A stretch of DNA of 64,000 bases from the NCBI GenBank assembly GCA_012295275.1, contig CM022675.1, forward strand, positions 2,046,001 through 2,110,000, read 5' to 3'. The position numbers and the translations under genes are program-made. This stretch comes from Chrysomallon squamiferum (Eukaryota > Animalia > Mollusca). This document shows, piece by piece, positions 54,601 through 64,000 of the stretch. Positions within the stretch are counted from its first letter, which is position 1. Each line of letters opens with the position of its first letter. A model generated the notes under the pieces. It ran no database searches and was not told where the DNA came from. It worked only from the letters and a program-made list of their open reading frames with translations.

Positions 54601-56519
54601 CGCAGTACTAATATGCTAAATATATAAATAACACAGATACATTTAGACTAAGGTAAAGACGAAGAAAATAGAATAGAAGAGAAGATAATAAATAAACTAT
54701 TTTTGGTGTACTGATCCTTTTTTATATTTCCTCTGTGTTTGGCAAACAATGTTTTATTTTTCATGAGACTAAAAGTAATAAAATGCAACAAAAATAAAAT
54801 AAAATTAAATTAAATAATAAATATAAATATATTACTCACAAATGTGGCTGAAACAATGTGTAAAAATAAATTAATAACTAATATACTTTTCTACTTGAAA
54901 TAATATCAGAAAACAAAGAGTACATATTAACAGATACATTCAAGTATTGATTCTTTGTTCTGTACTGTGTTGTTAATTGACTGTTTACACCATTCGTCTG
55001 AAAATACAATTTCGTGTCATCTCGTAATCCACTCTACCATAAGATGTGTTTTCTTTACTCTGTAATCAAACACCAGAAGATCTAATTATGACAAAACTTT
55101 ATTTATTGTCGTGTTGTTAATTTACTGTTTACATGAAATGCCTAGAACTCTCAGAGACAGTCTGTGTATTAACTTATGTCACTGTAACATTCTTACTGTG
55201 CACTTTTAGAAAGAAAACAATGAGAAAAGACGTTATTCAGAAGTATATATTATCATATATTCACTGGTCCAAAATGAGTCTTAGTATTAACATTAGTGTT
55301 AGTGTAGCAGTTGTAGTAGTAGTAGTAGCAGCAGTAAGTGTAGCAGCACTGTTTACATAATATAGATTTCCTGACGTATCACAAAATATAAAATTAGTGA
55401 CTTATACATTTATTGAAGTAAAATACAAAAACACACACACACACACATATACACATACACACACACACATATATATATGTATATGGAAATGCGAATTGAA
55501 CGTACCTTGTTATTGTAACACTCTAACCGTGTGATGTGTTTGGAAAGAAATGTAAAAATGTGTATTACGCTTTTCACTATTTTTGGGATAAAAAAAAAAA
55601 AAGATGACTTCAATGCATCACCGACTTTAAATCATATGTCATGTGAAGTCATAACTACTGTATACAAACATTTCTTTTTTTCTTTTATTATTATTATTAT
55701 TTTTATTATTATTGGGATTTTGTCTTGAGTTTTTATTTCTTGTTTGGTTGATTTCTTGGTCAAATTTGTGACTAAGAAAACCACGAGGATGAATTATCTG
55801 TATGATAAAAGAGGTTAACGAGCTAAAAGAGAACACAAACTTGTCTGATAGTATTAAACACGATTAAATGCACGTACGTCAATCATTTAGTGTTTTCCAC
55901 CTGAATTCCCTTTTAAAAATAGATATGTTTTAAAGTTGTAACAGTCGTATCTAAATCTTATAATCTCTGTGTTATTTAATTTGGTAAATTATGTGTTTAG
56001 TGTTGAGTCAGTGAGAATTCTAAGTTTAACTCATTTGTTCTTAAAGATAAATTTTAAAAAGTTTTATTTAATTGCTAATTTATTTCTGACCGAGTGGAAA
56101 TCATATATTTATCTCATGTTTTAATTTTGAATAAGTGAGAACGATGTTTATTCACAGCACTAAAACAGAAATGCACCTAAACAAACATACACACACAGAC
56201 ATGCACACAAAGCTGATATTTATAGATATATGTACGCATGTGTGTATAGTAATAAAATCTTAATGATAGAGATAACGACTGGCGACGTGTCGAGGATAAC
56301 CTGTTTGTGTTCGTGGAATAAAAGATACAAGAACCGAGGTATTACGCACAATTTTACGTATAATATACGGAAATCTTACAAAAACTGCATGTATAATGTA
56401 CATGGGCGACAGACCTCATACAAACTAAGTGATTTCAATAAAACTCCAGGATCACATTTATATAATGCCCAGCACATGGGGCGTGTCTCTAAACAAACAA
56501 ACAAACAAATAAATAAATA

Positions 56520-56555
<36 letters not shown>

Positions 56556-56626
56556 AAATGCTACTACTACTACTACTACTACTACTATTACTACTACTGT
56601 TACTACTGCTACCACTACCACTACTG

Positions 56627-56658
<32 letters not shown>

Positions 56659-57614
56659 GCTACTACTACTAAATAATAATGATAACACTTTATCTTCTAT
56701 TACTTCTGTTATTAATACATATATTACAACTACTATTTTTACTGTTTACCTACTACATCTATGAATTCTGCTGCCATTACTTCTACTCCTACTACAACTA
56801 CTAGAGCTACCACTACTGGATGTAGTCATACATGACTAAACAACGACTTAGCAGACGAGTTAGAAACAAAGACTGTGACACAGACTTTACACGTATAATG
56901 AAAGACAGTCTCAAGATAAAGTATTACAGATATGTCCGCGGATGCAGATTTCAATGTATTTCAGTTTGATTTATGATTAATTATTCTCTACTTTAAAAAA
57001 AAGAAAACATATAGAAAATGCCTTTTATACAAACAGTTATTATCATATATTGACAGACCTAAATGAGTGTTAGTATTAGCATTAGTGTTAGAATCAATCG
57101 TAATAGTAGTAGTAGTAGTAGTAGTAGTAATGCATTTAAATGCGTACAAACATATTCATTGCAATGTTTACGTGAACCTACCTTGTTTCTTGTGACACTC
57201 AGAAATGAAACTTTGTCCTCACTTACACAGTTCTCGTTCTGTTTCTCCCTACATTTGTTTGTTTTTCTATCTCATTGTCGTTTCGTATAATTTGATATTT
57301 TAATTAGTTATTTTTGTATTTGCTATGTATTTACTTGTATGATATTTTGTTAGGGTTAACGCACTTTTTTCTCATTCTGTTTCTCCCTTCAAATGTGTTT
57401 TTCTCTACCTTATTGTCGTTTCGTATAATTTGATATTTTAATTAGTTATTTTTCTATTTGCTATGTTTTTTACTTGTATGATATTTTGTTAGTGTTAAGG
57501 CACTTTTTTTTCTCTGCTTTTAGCTTCTAGTCAATATATCTGTCCGTGTAACCTTTTTTGTATTAATTTTGTTTTTATGATAACTATTAATGTTTCGTTT
57601 TAATACGAAATACG

Positions 57615-57648
<34 letters not shown>

Positions 57649-58668
57649 AATAGTAATAATAATAATAAGAAGAAGAAGAATCATAAATTTGCATATGTAA
57701 CGCCTTGTCACAGTAATAAAAATATAGCAAATACTAATGGCTGATAGATATTTTTAAAAACAAACACATTTTTATTTTGAATAGTGTAGACACATTCATC
57801 TGAAAATACAATTTCGTGTCACACGCTAACACCTGCAGATATAATATCTATCTTAATTGTTTTTTGTAATATCAAGCCTAAGTTAACATCGTAATTTATT
57901 TTGAAAGTCTCTCAGTGCAATCTCTGAAAGCTCTCACAATCTGTGCAGAAAGAGCTCGGAATTTTTATACAATGTCAAGATGATCAGAGAGGCGTGAAAA
58001 CAGACGTCTTTTTTCGCTTCTTTTGTTTTTGCTTATTAATATAGTCACTGAGGTTACTCCTTTCTTGTTTGTCTTGATGGCGGAACGGTAATGTCGTCCG
58101 CCTTTGGAGTGCGGGAGAATGGGTGCCATACGTTCGTGTCTCGTCAGCGACATCGTATGAGGTTTGTGAGGTCTGACTAATTCAGTAGTAAAATAGTCAA
58201 GTATTGAATGTCACTGCGAGCTTTAAAAATAAAACACTAAGCTACATTTTAAAACGACAATCTGCACATTGTTAATATATATATATGTTAGGAATAAACA
58301 AAACAAAAACTATAAGTAAATATTTGGATAATGCAGCTACGAGGACGAATACATATTTTTATACCTATTTAAGATGCTTTCGTTAGATAAATCAAATAGT
58401 AATAGAGATCACTGGCTGAGAGATATATATAATAACTAACTTTTGATTGATTGGTATATTCTTAATTGACCTGCAGATACAACTCCGTGTACCATCCTAA
58501 CACCCGCAGAGATAATATCTATCTCAAAGCATTTCTTTTTTACTCTATAGAAATCAGAGGCATGCAATATGAAGCTTAATTCAAAGTCGTAATTTATTTT
58601 GAAAGTTATTCAGTGCAGTGTCTGAAAGCTCTCACAATCTGTGTAGAACGTATATTATGTGATAACAA

Positions 58669-58714
<46 letters not shown>

Positions 58715-58718
58715 TTCT

Positions 58719-58754
<36 letters not shown>

Positions 58755-58755
58755 C

Positions 58756-58808
<53 letters not shown>

Positions 58809-60284
58809 TTATTACCTTTTAACTTTAAAATTAAGACTTTTGGTAAATAACATCAAATATACAGTAGCATTATTAGTACCATTAGAGGTAGTAGTAGTAG
58901 AGTTATTAATGGTAATAGTAATAGTAGTTGCTGTTCTGGTAGCAATAGGCATATTAGTCACAACAGTATTAGTATCAGTTATAATTGTAGGATGCTGGTT
59001 ATTTTAGTGCTACTGGTAAAAGTATTAGGAGTTGAAGTCGTCATTTCAGTATTATAATTAGTAGGTAGACATAGAACTGGCAGTATGAGAAATGGTAGGA
59101 GTAGGATTAGTGGTAGCTGTAGTATTCGAAATAATTGTTGCAGTAAAAATAACGAACAAATAGCAACGCATACACAACCACTGAACCCTGTCCGTAGAGC
59201 AGTAGATGTGAGATGTCTCGAGGTAAAACTGTTTGTGTGACTACAAAAACTACAAGAATCGATGTGTTATTTATTATCTAAGCACAAATGTGAGACTTAC
59301 TCTCGTAACACCTGGATGAGTTTAGGCAATCTTAGCAGGATGTTTTAGTCTCCTGTGTTAATATTTTCGTAAACACAGTTAAAAGTATAACTGTAAAGTA
59401 TCTTCTGCTTCTGTCTTAAAACACAAAACATATATAAATAAAATAAAATAAATTGAAACGAAGAAACAAAAAACTAATGGAAATACTAATACTAGTTCAA
59501 GTTCTAATAATAACATAATATCTATATATATATATATATTGACGGTAAACCATGTTGTTGTTTTTCTATCTTACGTAGTAGGCCCTTAGCTAAACACTAA
59601 TACGTCCTCGTTCAAGAGGTGGAAAATGTTCTCAGAGATAGGTGTTTCTTTAACTTAGGAAGTTGGTCGTAACTTATGTACTAAGCTACGGATGGCAATT
59701 TAGTTTATACGTACTTGTAGTATTCGCTGGCAGCTATTTTTTATTTACTGATTACAAGATTCTTTATTGTTGTACTATTAAGATACATTTTTTGAAAATG
59801 TATATACGAAACCCACTATTCTTGATATTACTATTGTAAATGTAACACATAATTGCAGATGAATTATTTTGTTTGATAGTTAAAACAGAAATGTTGAACT
59901 GTACTGTTTCAGAGTTAACAATTGAATGTTGGAATGTTGTGTTTCAGAGCAAAAAATGAAATGTTTAAATGCTGTGTGTTTCAGAGTTAAAAATGAAATG
60001 TTGTGCATTTAAGAGTTAAAAACAAAATGTTGAAATGTTGTTTCAGAGTTAAAAACAAAATGTTGAAATGTTGTGTTTCAGAGTTAGAATGTATAAATGT
60101 TGTGTTTCAGAGTTAGAATGTTGAAGTGTTGTGTTTCAGAGTTAGAATATTGAAATGTTGTGTTTCAGAGTTAGAATGTTGAAATGTTGTGTTTCAGAGT
60201 TAGAATGTTGAAATGTTGTGTTTCAGAGTTAGAATATTGAAATGTTGTGTTTCACAGTTAGAATGTTGAAATGTTATGTCTCAG

Positions 60285-60462
60285 AGTTGCGGAGATGAAG
60301 GAGAAGACGATGATGAGTGCTGAGAACCTGGCTATCGTGTTTGCGCCGACGTTGCTGAGGCCGCTTGAAACAGACCCCATGATCAGTCTGACGTCTGCCA
60401 TGTTTGAACAGAAAGTCATAGAACTGATGCTTCTCAACTACAAAGATATATTTTCTAAATGA
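60285..60462 (+). pseudogene. Second copy of the orphan chimaerin-like RhoGAP last exon
   Basis: Same translation as 27616-27793, inside the segmental duplicate. Confidence 0.75.
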
Positions 60463-63400
60463 CTGACTGACCATTGGTCAGTTTTGCTTCAGTTTCATTT
60501 CAGGTCAGCTCTACTCAGAACAGCATTAAATTAAAAACAAGTGTCTAGATCAGAAGATCTTACTTTGTTTGATCTTTCAACTGAACTCACTTAAAGTAAC
60601 ACTATGAAAGACAAGTGTTCTGTAATGTCAAAACAGAAATGATTACTATTTCTAATGTTTCAACACAAAATGATAATTTTATGTTCAGACTATTGATAAA
60701 AAACATTGTGGCATTTGTAATTTTGATATTAATTAATGCAATGTTTCAGATATGAGGACATTTATATTATGTTTCAAATCTTATGGTTACATTATGTTTT
60801 TAACAAAAATTGTTACATCTAGTTAATGGAATGTCATAGTAGAGCATTTCAACTAAAAAGCATTATTATTAATTGGTATAATACTTGGATACTAATAAGG
60901 AATTTTATTTAATAATATTCTTCAGCAGATAACAGAAACAGTATGTTTTTTTTTTTGTTTTTTTTCTTATAATGTAACATGAGAATATTTTAACAAACTT
61001 TAGAACTGATGAAGGTAAAGTAATTTTACAACATTTTAACAAACTGTAGAACTGATAAAGCTAATGTAATTTTACAACATTTTAACAAACTGTAGAACTG
61101 ATAAAGCTAATGTAATTTTACAACATTTGAACAACCTGGGTGAATGATGGATCTTAGAGTCTGGAGTGTTACACAGTTCCAAACACAGCAGTTTTTTTCA
61201 TGCAGATAACATAAGCCAAAGATGAAGAGCATTCCACATTTGTTTATCACTGATTGTTGTAACTCTGTTGTATCAAGAAACTGTTTCTCTTTTAAATCTT
61301 TGATATAACTGTTGTAACAGTACACAGTGTCAGCTTGGAAACTTATAATAATAAAACTTATATAATTTGTTCAGATTATTTCAGCAAGTTACCAAGTGTA
61401 CACAAACTGAAGAAGCTGATTCCAGTATATATCTGTACAATTAAATTATCTCAGTATATTTTCTATGATTTCAGATTGTTTTTTACTTAGCTTTGCTAAT
61501 AACAAAATATAATTATAAAATAACAAACTTGAAAACAATCAGTGGCGGCTGACATATTCTCTTTTGTGGTGACATCAATTTTCAAACTGAATAATAAAAC
61601 TGGAAACTCACTGAAACCAGGAATATTCTCAGCCCTCATAGGCCTTTTATTCATTTAATGAGTTTATATATATACAGATATATATATTCTTTTTTCTTTT
61701 AGATTAATAAATACTAACTGGCTTTGTCCAGATTGAATGTTGAGATTAATTGTAATAGTCAGAGAAACTTAACAAACTCTGTGACTCATACTCAGTTCTA
61801 ATTCATGTTAGTCACTTCAGAGATTTTTATTACCTTTTCTTTCTAATTATTACAGTTTTGAAATACTCACTTGCTGTCTTCAGAATAGTTCTCTATGCAA
61901 TCAAATAGATTTTTTTAATTTTTATCTGTATAGATAACATAAACCAAGTATCGTTGATCTATGAGTTTTGTCATACATTTTAGAATTTCTTTTTTGATAT
62001 ATTAATAATAAAAGACTTTGAAAAACTATAAATATATGGTTTTTTTGTTTGTTTGTTTTTTTATTTTGTGAGATAACGATGATGCAGATTATTTTTTTTT
62101 TGTATTTATGTCAGGATATGATGTGACTACAATCATAAAATAGCCAATTTTACAAACTCTACAAATTATACCAATATGCAGGCATGCAATAAAACTATAT
62201 CATTCATTTATATTTATTATTTTAAATGTTTTCTTTTACAATTTCTTTTAAATTTACACTCAATTATAGTTATAGGCAGGGTTTTCAGAAACTGCATATT
62301 TTTCATTGAACTGTATGATATAAAATGTTAAATGCAAATTTGAATATTTGTAAAATGCTGCATGTCCATTCTTTAAATGTATATTTCTTTTAATTATGAT
62401 TTGCATGTTTAATGTATGTATGGTTTATTATTATCATCAGCATGATAATATATGAAGTTATGCATGACGATCAGTATGTTGTATGTTGATATGTATATCT
62501 GTGTGTATGTCCATTATTTTATATGATTGTTATAGATAAAATAGATTTAAAATAAATAAAATATAAAACAAACATACAAAGAATAAATACATATTTCCTT
62601 CTGTGATGTTGAGAAAAATCAAAATATAAGCCAGTAATTGCTAAGAAAACCAAAAAATAAAATTATAATAAGGAAATAAATTAAAATGTATATTTATTAT
62701 AATGCTAAATAATGAAATTAAATAAATGAATAAATCAGAGGAAAAATATCCAGTTTAGTTATTTAATAACAAAAATAAAATAACTATACCAAAAAGGTTG
62801 AAGTATTATTGGTTTTCATATCAGGAAATTCTCAACATTTGTCATCCAAGTTCTGCTAAGTCAACAATCACAGCCTGCTTGTCACCTGTCTACTTAAACT
62901 AGATATAACTTTTATATTTAAATGTAGCCTGCATCACATTTTTACATGAACAAGATATTACATACCAGTTTTCTTCACAGTATTTGAATATGAAACTGAT
63001 GAGCAGTAAGAAATATAGCAATTACAACACAATTGTCTAGTAGTTTTATTTTTGTATTATAATATTTTTTTAATTTTTTAATTTTACTGTGTAGTATTAA
63101 TTAACAATGTATTTTAGAATTTTTAAAATTGTTTTAAAAAAAATTGTTTTGTTATTATTAGTATTTTCTTAGATATACAGTGCATCAAATATATACATCA
63201 TAATAAGATATTTTTATGCCAGCCTGCACTTTTATATTTTATAGGTAGCACATATGAAAACAACAAATTATTATTACTATTATTATTATTAGTAGTATTA
63301 TTAGTATTATTAGTATTATAATTATTATTATTTTATTATTATTATTATTTTTTTTTTATTATTATTATAATTATTATTATTTTAGTATTATTATTAATTT

Positions 63401-64000
63401 TTTTTTATTATTATTATAATTATTATTATTTTATTATTAAATTTTTTTATTATTATTATTATTATTTATTTATTTACTTTATTTGTTTATTTTTATTATT
63501 TTTTGTTTCAGAACTTTACAATTAGGGAAAAAACTCCATTAAAATAGCGGCTTTAATACAGCACTATTATAATGAAGTTTTAATAATTTCTGAAATTAGC
63601 AATGTTCTTTTCTAATAAACTGTGAAACCTGATAGAATTATCATTTTATTTTTAAAATATCAGTAAAAGTATTTACATTAGTGTTAATATGGATGTTTCA
63701 TCTGAAACCAAGATTTGTTTCAAGCTTGACTGGTACATGATGCTGTTAAGAAGAGTTGTTTACAGCTAGACTGGTACTTAACATTGTTAACATGATTTGT
63801 TTACTGCTAGACTGGTACATAACAATGTCAACAAGCTATTATTTTCACTTAGACTGGTATATACACTGTTCACAATATTTGTATACAACTAGACTGATAC
63901 ATACTACTATTAACATGTTTTATTCTTTATTCACAAGTGGACTGCTACATCTGACAGTTCTGGATGTATTATGTTAAACAATAATGTAAGTCAACTTGTT

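Overview
AT-rich, microsatellite-dense animal genomic DNA, probably molluscan (inferred from the gene family and repeat style; species unknown), with a 200-N gap at 18364-18563. Most ORFs in the track are microsatellite artefacts. Reading splice sites on the minus strand gives one complete 19-exon gene (CDS 52089->41852, 2661 nt, 886 aa). It encodes signal peptide, two EGF-like domains (FDCRR motif), ZP-N, start of ZP-C, a linker, four SRCR domains, the rest of ZP-C, an RKRR furin site, a transmembrane helix and a short basic tail. The main observation is that the four SRCR domains interrupt the ZP-C domain as a phase-1 symmetric cassette; removing it restores a canonical 444-aa EGF-EGF-ZP protein. 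The gene lies in a ~32.6-kb tandem duplication. Two further 5' ends are present (247-298, diverged; 18608-19433, near-identical, remainder probably hidden by the gap). The repeat unit also carries an orphan chimaerin-like RhoGAP last exon, orphan paralogues of exons 6-7, repeated TATA/Inr/first-exon modules, 11-nt micro-exon-like units and minisatellites seeded on splice sites. All exon models are manual and lack transcript support.
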